Part shown: positions 10,416 through 20,231 of the stretch, piece by piece
Layout: each line of letters starts with the position of its first letter
Numbering within the stretch: position 1 is the first letter of the stretch
Origin: Candidatus Nomurabacteria bacterium
Lineage (GTDB): Bacteria; Patescibacteriota; Minisyncoccia; Phycocordibacterales; UBA9973
Direction of reading: 5' to 3'
Length of the DNA: 64,000 nucleotides
Assembly: GCA_029288725.1 (NCBI GenBank)
Contig: JARIGS010000023.1
Coordinates: forward strand, 20,582-84,581
Translations under genes and position numbers: made by a program
The notes under the pieces: generated by a model
What the model was told of the DNA's origin: nothing
The model's input: only the letters and a program-made list of their open reading frames with translations
Databases searched by the model: none

Positions 10416-11261
10416 ATGGCAATGAAAACATACAAACCAACAACCAAATCAAGTCGCAATACCGTGACTATTGATTACCGCAAGGTCCTCACTACAGGCA
10501 AGCCATTGAAGTCACTGACAAAGGGCTCAAAGCGCACTGGCGGACGTAACAACACTGGTCGCATTACTGCTACCCACAAGGGAGGAGGAAACAAGCGTGC
10601 ATACCGCATGGTGGACTTCTTGTACAACAAGCACGACATCCCCGCAAAGATCACTACTGTTGAATACGATCCAAACCGCAGTGGTTTTATCGGTGTGGCA
10701 GTCTACAAGGACGGTGAGAAGCGCTATGTCTTGCTTCCAAAAGGCGTAACTGTCGGCAGTACCTTCGTCGTTGGTGAAAACGTTCCAGTGGAACAAGGTA
10801 ACCGCCTTCCATTGAAAAACATCCCTTCTGGTACTTTTGTATACAACATCGAAATCAAGCCAGGAAAGGGTGCCAAGATGGTGCGCAGTGCCGGAGCATT
10901 TGCTCAGATCATCGCTCAGAATGATGGCTATACCCAGCTCAAGATGCCTTCAACTGAAATCCGTCGCGTACAGGACCTTTGTTGGGCAACTGTTGGTGAA
11001 GTGTCAAACGATGAGCACAAGCTCGTGAAATACGGTAAGGCTGGTCGCTCACGATGGCGAGGTATCCGTCCAACTGTTCGTGGTACTGCCATGAACCCAG
11101 TTGACCACCCACACGGTGGTGGTGAAGGTGTTCAGGGTATCGGTCTCCGTCGCGGTCCTAAGACTCGTCACGGTAAGCAGGCATACGGTGTACGCACTCG
11201 CAGTCCGAAGAAGTACTCAAACAAGCACGTTATCACTCGTCGCAAGAACGGCAAGCGATAA
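10416..11261 (+). CDS. rplB: 50S ribosomal protein L2
   Basis: EYDPNRS, AMNPVDHPHGGGEG. Confidence 0.98.
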   Translation: MAMKTYKPTTKSSRNTVTIDYRKVLTTGKPLKSLTKGSKRTGGRNNTGRITATHKGGGNKRAYRMVDFLYNKHDIPAKITTVEYDPNRSGFIGVAVYKDGEKRYVLLPKGVTVGSTFVVGENVPVEQGNRLPLKNIPSGTFVYNIEIKPGKGAKMVRSAGAFAQIIAQNDGYTQLKMPSTEIRRVQDLCWATVGEVSNDEHKLVKYGKAGRSRWRGIRPTVRGTAMNPVDHPHGGGEGVQGIGLRRGPKTRHGKQAYGVRTRSPKKYSNKHVITRRKNGKR

Positions 11262-11270
11262 TTATGAAAA

Positions 11271-11306
11271 TAAAAAGGGCGCATCCCTACGGGATGCGCC
11301 CTTTTT
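11271..11306. terminator. Intrinsic terminator splitting the S10 operon after rplB
   Basis: aaaaagggcgcatccc-tacg-ggatgcgcccttttt. Confidence 0.8.
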
Positions 11307-11365
11307 ATTGACTTTGCTGTTCTTTACTGTATTGTTTCAAAAAACATTCATAAAAAAATAGCGCA

Positions 11366-12394
11366 ATGAAAAAGAGCCTTCTACTACTTGTATGTCTATC
11401 GACACTATTGAGGGCCCAGGTGCCCCACACGGCCTCTACTGCGATGCCATTTCTCAACTTTATTCCCGATGCCCGGTCTGCCGGCATGGGCGGGGTTTAT
11501 TACGGACGAACTGATGTGAATGTCGGTTTCAATGCCGTTGCCAAGCTGGTGAGTTTGGTTGATGAGCCAACCCAGGTGGGCGTATCGTATACACCCCTCA
11601 AAAACGTTGCTCACAATGCTTACCTCTCAAGTGCAGCCTTTGTTGCTCGGAATGAGCAAGGGGCACTATTTGTAGGGCTTCGGTACTTTACGCCCGGGTC
11701 AGTAGTGCTTGCCGATGGTAATGCCAATTACTTAGGGACGGTCGAGCCGTCCGACATGGTAGTGCAGCTTGGATATGCATTGCCGCTTTCACCGGACTGG
11801 AGCATTTCAGTGACCGGAGGGTGGGCATATTCCAAATTGTTGGATGGTACCTATAACGGTACTACGTACCTCACTGGAAGTGCGGTAATGGCTGATATCG
11901 CCTGCTGTTATGACGGACGCGACATATTTCATCAGGGATTTTCCGGTGGCCTAGCATTGAAAAATATTGGCACCCCAGTTTCTTATACCAAAGAAACTAA
12001 AAGCTTCCTGCCAGCCAGTGCAACGGTAGGAGTTGCGTATACGGCGGTTGGGCCAGGTTCAGTAACGGGATTTACGATCGGGACCCTGATAGGGAAAGTC
12101 CTTATTCCTGCCAACGATACAACTGGCCATACCAGCATGATTCAAGGATTGCTGCATCCTGCGGGAGAAGTAACGTACGCTATCGGTGCCGAGTATTTAT
12201 ACAATTTCGCGGTACAAAAAATGAACCTTAGTGTTCGAGCTGGTTACAGTGGTGGAACTACGAGCACGGGTGGGGTTACGGCCGGCATAGGATATGGATT
12301 CAATAGTATTGCTATCGATGTGGCCTATCGTGCGTCCAATGTCTACGATCCATTTGGTAATACCTTCCGAATTGGGCTCGGATACAAATTTTAG
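11366..12394 (+). CDS. PorV/PorQ-like outer-membrane beta-barrel protein (Bacteroidota T9SS shuttle family)
   Basis: Signal peptide ending RA|Q; TAMPFLNFIPDARSAGMG resembles the PorV N-terminal motif; amphipathic strands; C-terminus PFGNTFRIGLGYKF. Confidence 0.7.
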   Translation: MKKSLLLLVCLSTLLRAQVPHTASTAMPFLNFIPDARSAGMGGVYYGRTDVNVGFNAVAKLVSLVDEPTQVGVSYTPLKNVAHNAYLSSAAFVARNEQGALFVGLRYFTPGSVVLADGNANYLGTVEPSDMVVQLGYALPLSPDWSISVTGGWAYSKLLDGTYNGTTYLTGSAVMADIACCYDGRDIFHQGFSGGLALKNIGTPVSYTKETKSFLPASATVGVAYTAVGPGSVTGFTIGTLIGKVLIPANDTTGHTSMIQGLLHPAGEVTYAIGAEYLYNFAVQKMNLSVRAGYSGGTTSTGGVTAGIGYGFNSIAIDVAYRASNVYDPFGNTFRIGLGYKF

Positions 12395-12490
12395 AATATT
12401 CTGACAATCTCCTCTCTCATAGAGGAGATTTTTTTATTGACTTTTTTAAATAAAATAGTATTTTGTAATAAAACTAAACAATAGAATATT

Positions 12491-13507
12491 ATGAAAAAAT
12501 ACTTGTTTTTGCTCATGTGTGTAGCAAAACACGCTACATTTGCTCAGTCATTGGCCGAGTCTACTACTGTACCGTTATATCGTATAACGTTCGACACTCG
12601 TGCAGCTGGCATGGGTAAGGCCAATACCATTGCTGGTACCCCTGATAACATGGTGATGTTTTCCAATTTGGCAAAACTTCCCTCTGTCATGAATACCGAG
12701 GAAGGGTGGGAGCATACAAAAAACATGTTTGCCGGAGGCATGGCACAATATAACGCTGTCATCATTAACTATCTCGGATATGCTCATGCTGATAAGGACG
12801 GTAATGATTTTTGTGCCATAGCGAAATACCTTAATGGGGGAAATCCTCAGCAGGCATTTCTGGCAGGAAACGACAACTATGAATGGGATATTGAAATGGG
12901 CTATGCTAAAAGCATAGGAGATGCCTGGAGCGTGTCAGTAATGACCAAACTGCTTCAGTCAGAAACTAATAGCAAAGCAATAAATACTTTTCTGCCCGCA
13001 GCAACGGTAAGTGCCGATGCGCTCAGTCTCGATCTAGGAGCCTATTACGCTGACCTTAGTGAAATAGGCGCTGGTACGACTATCGGTTTCATGCTTTCCA
13101 ACCTTGGTACACCGCTGAATTACGGTCACGCCCTTATCAGGATACTTCCTGCCACGGTTGGAGCCGGAATAAGCCATACTTGGATAGAAGGAGTGCATAA
13201 CAATGCAATTACTACCTCTTTTGAGGTGAATAAGTCATTAAGCTTTCCATTTCCCGGTCCGTATCTTACATTGTCAGGCGGATTCGAGTACAGTCTTCGG
13301 ACTGACCCGGTAAAGACTGACGGTTTCAGTATCCGTATGGGGTATTGCGACGATAGCTTTATACACGAGTATTCCGGCATCACTATTGGCATCGGTATTG
13401 GCTTCAGGAAAATCCACCTCGACATGGCCAGTTTCATCGATCCGAGTGGCAGGGGAGAAAGCCCTCTCTATAACAAATTGCACGCTACGATATCGTATGG
13501 ATTGTAA
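12491..13507 (+). CDS. Second, more divergent PorV/PorQ-like beta-barrel protein
   Basis: Signal peptide ending FA|Q; TTVPLYRITFDTRAAGMG; LSNLGTPLNY..LPA; C-terminus SPLYNKLHATISYGL. Confidence 0.65.
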   Translation: MKKYLFLLMCVAKHATFAQSLAESTTVPLYRITFDTRAAGMGKANTIAGTPDNMVMFSNLAKLPSVMNTEEGWEHTKNMFAGGMAQYNAVIINYLGYAHADKDGNDFCAIAKYLNGGNPQQAFLAGNDNYEWDIEMGYAKSIGDAWSVSVMTKLLQSETNSKAINTFLPAATVSADALSLDLGAYYADLSEIGAGTTIGFMLSNLGTPLNYGHALIRILPATVGAGISHTWIEGVHNNAITTSFEVNKSLSFPFPGPYLTLSGGFEYSLRTDPVKTDGFSIRMGYCDDSFIHEYSGITIGIGIGFRKIHLDMASFIDPSGRGESPLYNKLHATISYGL

Positions 13508-13576
13508 TCAAAGCCCTTTTGCTTTTAGCAAAAGGGCTTTTTCTATAGCATTTTCTCTAAATGCTATACTTCTCCC

Positions 13577-13987
13577 ATGGATCGCCTTCCCAAACACATT
13601 TCCGAAAAGAAACGCTTTTCATTCATTGCTCGTGTCCGAAGTTTCCGGTATGCCATTCGGGGCATGGGCATTATTCTAAAAACCCAGCATAATTTCTGGA
13701 TACAGATTGTTGCGGCCGGTGTTGTGGCGTATTTGGGTATATTTTTCCATATTGCCGCTACCGAATGGGCATTACTGGTATTGGCTGTAACAGGGGTATT
13801 GGTAGCTGAATCCTTTAATACTGCCATTGAAATTGACATTGATTTGACCAGTCCTCAGTACCATCCCTATGCTCGGGATACCAAGGATGTAGCCGCTGGA
13901 GCAGTATTATTGGCCGTTATTGGGGCAATGGTGGTCGGCTGTATCGTCTTTCTGCCCAAGATATTTATCCTCTTTTTCGTGAGATAG
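13577..13987 (+). CDS. dgkA: Diacylglycerol/undecaprenol kinase family protein
   Basis: [32 protein letters not shown]. Confidence 0.9.
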   Translation: MDRLPKHISEKKRFSFIARVRSFRYAIRGMGIILKTQHNFWIQIVAAGVVAYLGIFFHIAATEWALLVLAVTGVLVAESFNTAIEIDIDLTSPQYHPYARDTKDVAAGAVLLAVIGAMVVGCIVFLPKIFILFFVR

Positions 13988-14061
13988 CGAAATCATTTGA
14001 CTTTCCGGTGCTATCTGATAAGATAGTGGAGCTCAAATCGAGCTTCTTTTATTTCAGGTAT

Positions 14062-14406
14062 ATGACACGATCACTCGCAAAAGGTCCTTACGTTGACCCA
14101 AAATTACTCAAAAAAATCGAAGGTAAGACCCCTCTTTCAACAGGGTCTATTCGAACATGGTCACGTGACAGTCAGATTGCCCCAGAAATGGTAGGATTCA
14201 CCTTTGGTGTCCACAACGGCAAGCAGCACATTGAAGTGTTGGTGACCGAAGACATGGTAGGGCACCGTTTGGGTGAATTTTCTCCTACTCGCAAGTTTAC
14301 CCGTCACGGTGGTAAGATGCAGAAGGATATTGACCAGAAGAAAAAAGAAGCTGAAATCGCCGCTGCAAAGTCTGCAAAATCAACCGGTGATGCTAAGAAA
14401 AAATAA
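14062..14406 (+). CDS. rpsS: 30S ribosomal protein S19
   Basis: [27 protein letters not shown]; own promoter TTGACT-16-TAAGAT upstream. Confidence 0.97.
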   Translation: MTRSLAKGPYVDPKLLKKIEGKTPLSTGSIRTWSRDSQIAPEMVGFTFGVHNGKQHIEVLVTEDMVGHRLGEFSPTRKFTRHGGKMQKDIDQKKKEAEIAAAKSAKSTGDAKKK

Positions 14407-14429
14407 TCCCTCTTAAATAATTTATTCGT

Positions 14430-14798
14430 ATGAAAGCCTCACTCTCAAACTATCGCCAATCACCTCGTAAGGTTCGTCTCGTGACTGACCTTGTTAAGGG
14501 CAAGCACGTTGCTGAAGCAAATGTAGTACTTTCCTACATGCCAAAGCGTGCTGCAGAGCCAATTCAGAAGCTTATCATGAGTGCTGCTGCAAATGCGGTA
14601 AACCTCGGCGCAACTGCTGAAAACTTGATGGTGAAAAATATTGAAGTAAACAAGGGATTTGTTATCAAGCGCTCAATGCCTCGTGCAATGGGTGTGGCAA
14701 AGCCAATCAATAAGCGCACCAGTCACGTTGCAGTTACTCTTGCTGAAGTTGCCCCAAAAGCTAAGAAGGCCAAGAACACTAACGTTAAAGAGAAATAA
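14430..14798 (+). CDS. rplV: 50S ribosomal protein L22
   Basis: RQSPRKVRLV..PRAMG..KRTSH. Confidence 0.96.
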   Translation: MKASLSNYRQSPRKVRLVTDLVKGKHVAEANVVLSYMPKRAAEPIQKLIMSAAANAVNLGATAENLMVKNIEVNKGFVIKRSMPRAMGVAKPINKRTSHVAVTLAEVAPKAKKAKNTNVKEK

Positions 14799-14801
14799 TA
14801 T

Positions 14802-15467
14802 ATGTCTAAAGTCGTCCATCCTTATGCTCATCGTCTTGTTATCCTCCGTGATTGGAAATCACGCTGGTTCGCAACAGACAAGAATTACGTAACCAACCTT
14901 CAGGTTGACGTTGCTATTCGTGAATACCTTGAAAAGCGCCTTCGTGGATACTATGTTTCAAGTGTTGATATCGAACGCGGACAGAAAATGATCCGTATCA
15001 TTATCCGCACTTCACGCCCAGGTATGGTTATTGGACGCAGTGGTGAAGGCGCAATCAAGCTTAAGGCTGATATTGAAAAGCAGCTTAAGCGCGAGAAGCT
15101 TACTATCACTGATGATCTTAAGATTGAGATCGCAGAGGTAGCAAACCCTGATGGTGACGCAAAGATCGTTGCCTACATGATTGCCGAAGGTCTTGAAAAG
15201 CGTCTTCCATACCGTCGCGTAATGAAGCTCCTGATCGAAAAGGTTATGGCAGTGCGCGGTGTGCAGGGAGTGAAGTTCTATGTCGGTGGTCGTCTTGGCG
15301 GTGCGGAAATCTCCCGTTCAGAAGTCTTGAAGCGTGGTTCTATCCCATTGCAGACATTCCGTGCTGACATTGACTACGCTCGCGAAACTGCGCGCTTGGC
15401 ATACGGTGGTATCGGTATCAAGGTCTGGATTTACAAGGGTCAGGTATTTGATCAGAAAGGCAAATAG
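14802..15467 (+). CDS. rpsC: 30S ribosomal protein S3
   Basis: RPGMVIGRSG, GRLGGAEISR, PLQTFRADIDY. Confidence 0.97.
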   Translation: MSKVVHPYAHRLVILRDWKSRWFATDKNYVTNLQVDVAIREYLEKRLRGYYVSSVDIERGQKMIRIIIRTSRPGMVIGRSGEGAIKLKADIEKQLKREKLTITDDLKIEIAEVANPDGDAKIVAYMIAEGLEKRLPYRRVMKLLIEKVMAVRGVQGVKFYVGGRLGGAEISRSEVLKRGSIPLQTFRADIDYARETARLAYGGIGIKVWIYKGQVFDQKGK

Positions 15468-15476
15468 AGTTGATAT

Positions 15477-15893
15477 ATGTTATTCCCTAAAAAAGTAAAA
15501 TTCCGAAAGTGGCAAAAGAAACGAACTGATATGAGTAATCGTGTGGAAACACGCGGTACTACCATCAACTTTGGTTCTTACGCACTCAAGACTGAGAGCA
15601 TGGGTCGCGTGACTTCAAATCAGATTGAAGCTGCACGTAAGGCGGCAAGTCGTCACCTCACCAAGGTTGGTCGCATGTGGATCCGCATCTTCCCTGACCG
15701 TCCATTTACCGAAAAGGCCGCACAGCAGCCGATGGGTAAGGGTAAGGGTGAATTGCAGGGATACCATGTGGAAATCCTTCCAGGTCGCATTATTTTTGAA
15801 GTAGACGGCGTTGATGAGGCAGTTGCTCGCGAAGCATTGCGCAAGGCAGGTACCAAGCTTCCTGTTAAGACTCGTGTCATTTCACGTGCCTAG
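15477..15893 (+). CDS. rplP: 50S ribosomal protein L16
   Basis: QIEAAR..WIRIFPD..MGKGKG. Confidence 0.97.
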   Translation: MLFPKKVKFRKWQKKRTDMSNRVETRGTTINFGSYALKTESMGRVTSNQIEAARKAASRHLTKVGRMWIRIFPDRPFTEKAAQQPMGKGKGELQGYHVEILPGRIIFEVDGVDEAVAREALRKAGTKLPVKTRVISRA

Positions 15894-15930
15894 ACAAAAG
15901 GTAAAAAATAAGTAAGATACAAACACTATT

Positions 15931-16188
15931 ATGAAAGCAACTACTACCACAACTGAAGCAGCAAAGAAGACCCTCAAGGGGAAAGTTTTGTCCAACAAGA
16001 TGGACAAGACGGCTGTTGTTGCGGTTACTCGTTTCGTGAAGCATCCAAAGTACAAGAAGTACTTCAAGATCACCAAGAAATTCAAGGCTCATGATGAGAA
16101 CAACACGGCAGTAATTGGTGAAACAGTGGCAATCGTCGAAACCCGCCCACTATCAAAGGATAAGCATTTTGCCATCGTGCAGCAATAA
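15931..16188 (+). CDS. rpsQ: 30S ribosomal protein S17
   Basis: [27 protein letters not shown]. Confidence 0.97.
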   Translation: MKATTTTTEAAKKTLKGKVLSNKMDKTAVVAVTRFVKHPKYKKYFKITKKFKAHDENNTAVIGETVAIVETRPLSKDKHFAIVQQ

Positions 16189-16198
16189 GAGTTGAACT

Positions 16199-16570
16199 AT
16201 GTTACAAGCAGGATCAAAAGTTAAAATCACTGACAACGCCGGAGGTAAGAAGGGTACTATTTTCAAGGTACTTGGCGGTTCACGCCGTCGCTACGCCTCA
16301 CTCGGCGACATGGTAGTGCTCTCTGTTAAGGAAGCAGAACCTCGCAAGGCAATCAAGAAAAAAGATGTAGTCTATGGTGTAGTCGTTCGCGTCACTCAGC
16401 CATTTCGCCGCAAGGACGGTTCATACATTCGCTTTGATGACAATGCCGTAGTGATTGTTGAAAAGACCAAGAAGGAGCCAAAGGCAGGTCGTATCTTCGG
16501 TCCGATTCCTCGTGAATTGGCAGAACGTGGTTACCAGAAGATCATTTCTCTTGCCCCAGAAGTGCTGTAA
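16199..16570 (+). CDS. rplN: 50S ribosomal protein L14
   Basis: DNAGGK..RFDDNA..SLAPEVL. Confidence 0.97.
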   Translation: MLQAGSKVKITDNAGGKKGTIFKVLGGSRRRYASLGDMVVLSVKEAEPRKAIKKKDVVYGVVVRVTQPFRRKDGSYIRFDDNAVVIVEKTKKEPKAGRIFGPIPRELAERGYQKIISLAPEVL

Positions 16571-16587
16571 TTTTTAAATACATTCAT

Positions 16588-16896
16588 ATGAAACTCAAAA
16601 AAGGAGACAACGTAATAGTGATTGCCGGCAAGAACAAAGGTCAGACAGGCAAAATCAGTGTGGTGCATACTGCGACCAGTCGCGTGATTGTTGACGGTGT
16701 AAACAAGACCAAGCGTCACATCAAGCCTCGCTCATCAAATGAAAAGGGCAGTACTATCGAAAAGGAATCACCAATTCATGTTTCAAACGTCATGATCCTT
16801 GATCCAAAGGGTAACAAGCCAACCCGTATTGGAAAGAAAACTGTTGACGGCAAGAACGTTCGCATTGCAAAGAAAAGCGGCCAAGAACTAAAATAA
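16588..16896 (+). CDS. rplX: 50S ribosomal protein L24
   Basis: KKGDNVIVIAGKNKG..IHVSNV. Confidence 0.97.
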   Translation: MKLKKGDNVIVIAGKNKGQTGKISVVHTATSRVIVDGVNKTKRHIKPRSSNEKGSTIEKESPIHVSNVMILDPKGNKPTRIGKKTVDGKNVRIAKKSGQELK

Positions 16897-16900
16897 ACCT

Positions 16901-17398
16901 ATGACATCAACTACAGCAAAACAAAATAAGATGGCAATGCCTCGCTTGACCAAGATTGTGGTTTCAAGTGGTACTGGTAGTGGCATGAAGAAAGATCGCG
17001 AGAAGAACAACATCGTCGCTGATCGTCTTGCTCGCATTACTGGTCAGAAGCCTTCTCTTCGCGTAGCAAAGCAGTCAGTGGCAAGCTTTAAGATTCGTGA
17101 AGGCGATCCTATCGGCCTCACCGTCACCCTTCGTGGTGCGCGCATGCAGCATTTCCTTAACAAGCTCGTGCATATTGCATTCCCTCGAACCAAGGACTTC
17201 CGCGGTCTCGACAAGAAGGCTATCGATAGCATGGGTAACCTCACGCTCGGTATCAAGGAACACACGATCTTCCCTGAAGCAGCCGATGAAGACCTTCGTG
17301 ATGTCTTCGGTCTTGCTATCACCCTCGTGACTACTGCCAAGTCAAAGGAAGAAGCAGAAGCATTCTTCGACCAGCTCGGCATTCCTTTTAAGAAATAA
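16901..17398 (+). CDS. rplE: 50S ribosomal protein L5
   Basis: ITGQKP..FKIREG..VTLRG..PRTKDFRG..IFPE. Confidence 0.96.
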   Translation: MTSTTAKQNKMAMPRLTKIVVSSGTGSGMKKDREKNNIVADRLARITGQKPSLRVAKQSVASFKIREGDPIGLTVTLRGARMQHFLNKLVHIAFPRTKDFRGLDKKAIDSMGNLTLGIKEHTIFPEAADEDLRDVFGLAITLVTTAKSKEEAEAFFDQLGIPFKK

Positions 17399-17402
17399 TG
17401 AC

Positions 17403-17440
17403 AAAAAATCCCCAGGAGGTCTGACCTCCTGGGGATTTTT
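17403..17440. terminator. Bidirectional terminator after rplE
   Basis: aaaatccccaggaggt-ctg-acctcctggggatttt. Confidence 0.8.
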
Positions 17441-17450
17441 GCTTACAGCA

Positions 17451-17882
17451 TTAGGGCTTAAATTTCAGTGCAAATTGGTCGAACTGACGGTGGGTGACAA
17501 AACGGTCATCGAGGTTAAGGATATCTTGTCGGACTTTGAGAAAATTGTTGTCCATATCGTTAAATCGTTCGTCCATTTCTACAAAATGGGTATCTATGGC
17601 CGTAAATCGGTTCATTACCATAATGGTGAGTTTTTCAATTAAGGTATCAATTTCTTGGAATTTTATGTCCATTTTATTTTCTAAACAACCAAGTTTATTT
17701 TCTACGTTAAACATTCGGCTATCCAAACTATCGATTTTTGTTTCTATTTTAGACATTCTCGTTTCCATGTTGGACACTCTTGTGTCTAGGCCATCTATTT
17801 TGCCAGCCAAGCCAAGTACCAAATGCCCGACCTCGGTAATGGTCATTTCCTGGGAAATATGCTGTTCGACCTGCTTTTTCAT
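17451..17882 (-). CDS. Hypothetical coiled-coil (heptad-repeat) protein
   Basis: Repeated LDTRVSN/METRMSK/LDSRMFN heptads; TATACT box 6 nt before ATG. Confidence 0.7.
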   Translation of the reverse strand: MKKQVEQHISQEMTITEVGHLVLGLAGKIDGLDTRVSNMETRMSKIETKIDSLDSRMFNVENKLGCLENKMDIKFQEIDTLIEKLTIMVMNRFTAIDTHFVEMDERFNDMDNNFLKVRQDILNLDDRFVTHRQFDQFALKFKP

Positions 17883-17987
17883 GCTCCCAGTATAGCAACC
17901 CTTGGTTAGGGGATCCCAGTGGAAAAAGCCTTATTTTTCTTCATTTTTCCTTTATTTCAGATAAAAGCCCCAAGATCCATGCGATGC

Positions 17988-18113
17988 TTGACCGAAAAGG
18001 CTTTATTTGTTAGGATACGGAGGTTCTTGTTGAATCCGTAAGTTTCTCTTTGTTGATCAATTCAGCATCTGAGATAACCAATAAAGAAATCCTTACGCGA
18101 TATTCACCCGAAC
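17988..18113 (+). promoter_or_regulatory. Promoter and ~90-nt rod-like 5' leader of the rpsN-rpsH...secY unit
   Basis: TTGACC-17-TAGGAT; pairings gttc/gaac, tgaat/attca, cgtaag/cttacg, ctttgttg/caataaag, tcag/ctga. Confidence 0.55.
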
Positions 18114-18125
18114 ATATATTAATTT

Positions 18126-18311
18126 ATGGCAAAAACATCAGTTATTGCGCGTTCTCAAAAGACGCCAAAATTTAGTACCCGTCAGGTAAACCGCTGCTTC
18201 CGCTGCGGTCGTCGTCATGGCTACATGCGTGACTTCGGACTTTGTCGTATCTGTTTCCGTGAGCTTGCTAACGAAGGAATGATTCCTGGTATTCGCAAGT
18301 CTTCTTGGTAA
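18126..18311 (+). CDS. rpsN: 30S ribosomal protein S14 (zinc-binding type Z)
   Basis: [14 protein letters not shown]. Confidence 0.97.
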   Translation: MAKTSVIARSQKTPKFSTRQVNRCFRCGRRHGYMRDFGLCRICFRELANEGMIPGIRKSSW

Positions 18312-18325
18312 TTAACCACACTATT

Positions 18326-18718
18326 ATGCAGGATCCTATCGCAAACATGCTCATCACGATGAAAAACGCCTCAATGGTTTCAAAGGAAACCGTCGTTGTG
18401 CCTTTTTCAAAGCTCAAGTACGCCATTGCGCAGTGCTTGAAAGACCAGGGCTTCATCGTAAACGCATCAAAGAAAACAGAAAAGAATAATGTTCCTGTGC
18501 TTGAAATCGAACTTGCGTATACCGCTGAGGGTGCCAAGATTCATGACGTGAAGCGCGTTTCAAAGCAGTCACGCCGCGTCTACAGTGGAGTGAAGGAACT
18601 TCGTCCAGTGAAGAACGGTCACGGTATCACCGTATTATCAACTCCAAAAGGAATCTTGAGCGACAAGCAGGCGCGCAAGGAAATGGTCGGTGGAGAAGTA
18701 TTATTCACGATGTGGTAA
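18326..18718 (+). CDS. rpsH: 30S ribosomal protein S8
   Basis: MQDPIANML..STPKG..GGEV. Confidence 0.97.
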   Translation: MQDPIANMLITMKNASMVSKETVVVPFSKLKYAIAQCLKDQGFIVNASKKTEKNNVPVLEIELAYTAEGAKIHDVKRVSKQSRRVYSGVKELRPVKNGHGITVLSTPKGILSDKQARKEMVGGEVLFTMW

Positions 18719-18728
18719 GAGTTTATAT

Positions 18729-19274
18729 ATGAGCCGAGTAGGAAAACAACAACTGGTTATCCCAGCAAATACCGAAGTAACATACGCAGATGGCATCCTT
18801 CGCGTAAAGGGGCCTTTGGGTACGCTTGAAAAGCCATTCAAGGATGTCGTGACCATCAACATCGCTGACGGTATGGTAACATTTGCCCAGAAGGGTAATG
18901 ATCCATTCGCTCGCGCGATCTGGGGCACCTACGCTTCACACGTGAAGAACATGATTGCAGGCGTGAATACTCCTTACACCAAAAAGCTTATCCTGGAAGG
19001 GGTTGGTTTCAAGAGTGAGGTAAAAGCAAATGGATCTAACAGCGACCTTCACCTCGCACTTGGATTCTCTCACCCAGTCGTGGTAAAAATCCCAGAAGGA
19101 CTTACCGTTACCGCTGAAAAGAACGTGATCACCATGTCCGGCATTAACAAGGAAACCGTAGGACAGTTCGCCGCATCAGTGCGTGCGATGAAGAAGCCAG
19201 AACCATATAAGGGTAAGGGCTTCCACTACGATACCGAGGTCGTACGTCGCAAGGCCGGCAAGAAGAGCGCATAA
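18729..19274 (+). CDS. rplF: 50S ribosomal protein L6
   Basis: MSRVGK..LGFSHP..PEPYKGKG. Confidence 0.97.
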   Translation: MSRVGKQQLVIPANTEVTYADGILRVKGPLGTLEKPFKDVVTINIADGMVTFAQKGNDPFARAIWGTYASHVKNMIAGVNTPYTKKLILEGVGFKSEVKANGSNSDLHLALGFSHPVVVKIPEGLTVTAEKNVITMSGINKETVGQFAASVRAMKKPEPYKGKGFHYDTEVVRRKAGKKSA

Positions 19275-19286
19275 TAAGTTATCGAT

Positions 19287-19631
19287 ATGTCTACACAAAC
19301 TCCACAAGAAAAGAAACTCCGCATCAAGCGCAAGATCCGTGCTACTATTTCAGGGACCGATGTTCGTCCACGCCTTTCAGTATTTCGCTCAAACAACTAC
19401 ATGTACGCGCAGCTTATTGATGACGTACAGGGCGTAACACTTGCAGCGGCAACTGATATGAAGGCTAAGGGCACAAAAATGGAAGGCGCGATTGCTGCCG
19501 GCAAGGCCCTTGCTGCAGCCGCAAAGGCAAAGGGTGTTACTCAGGCAGTATTTGACCGTAACGGATTCAAGTACGCTGGTCGCATCAAGGCATTTGCTGA
19601 CGCTGCCCGTGAAGGAGGACTACAATTTTAA
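19287..19631 (+). CDS. rplR: 50S ribosomal protein L18
   Basis: [21 protein letters not shown]. Confidence 0.97.
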   Translation: MSTQTPQEKKLRIKRKIRATISGTDVRPRLSVFRSNNYMYAQLIDDVQGVTLAAATDMKAKGTKMEGAIAAGKALAAAAKAKGVTQAVFDRNGFKYAGRIKAFADAAREGGLQF

Positions 19632-19633
19632 TT

Positions 19634-20227
19634 ATGACTACAACAACCCCAACAACAAATCAAAAATCAACTGAACGTCGCCCACGCCGTGACGGTGGCA
19701 AGCAGTTCGCTGACCGCGTAAAGGACGTTGATCAGAAGATTCTCGACATTCGTCGCGTGACTCGCGTGGTGGCTGGTGGTCGCCGCATGAGCTTCGCTGT
19801 CTCAATGATCATTGGTGACAAGAAAGGCGTTGTCGGTCTTGGTACCGGAAAGGGTAATGACACTGCATTGGCAATTGCTAAGGCATTGAAGGATGCAAAG
19901 AAGAACGCAATCAAGATCAAGCTCACTGACAAGCACTCTATTCCTTATGACGTGTCTGCAAAGTACACTTCATCAAAGGTCATGATCTTCCCAAACCACG
20001 GTAAGGGATTGGTAGCAGGTGCCGCTATCCGCGATATCGCAGTGCTTGGTGGCCTAAAGGACGTGTCTGCAAAGATCGTTTCTGGCAGTAAGAACAAGCT
20101 CAACACTGCTCGCGCAACCATGAAGGCACTTTCAATGGTAAGTACTAAGCATGTATTTGGTGCTGCACCAAAGGCCGAGGGAACTGAAGAAGTAAAAGCA
20201 GAAGCTCCAGTAGCACCAAAAGAGTAA
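19634..20227 (+). CDS. rpsE: 30S ribosomal protein S5
   Basis: RRVTRVVAGGRR..GLGTGKG. Confidence 0.96.
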   Translation: MTTTTPTTNQKSTERRPRRDGGKQFADRVKDVDQKILDIRRVTRVVAGGRRMSFAVSMIIGDKKGVVGLGTGKGNDTALAIAKALKDAKKNAIKIKLTDKHSIPYDVSAKYTSSKVMIFPNHGKGLVAGAAIRDIAVLGGLKDVSAKIVSGSKNKLNTARATMKALSMVSTKHVFGAAPKAEGTEEVKAEAPVAPKE

Positions 20228-20231
20228 TGAT

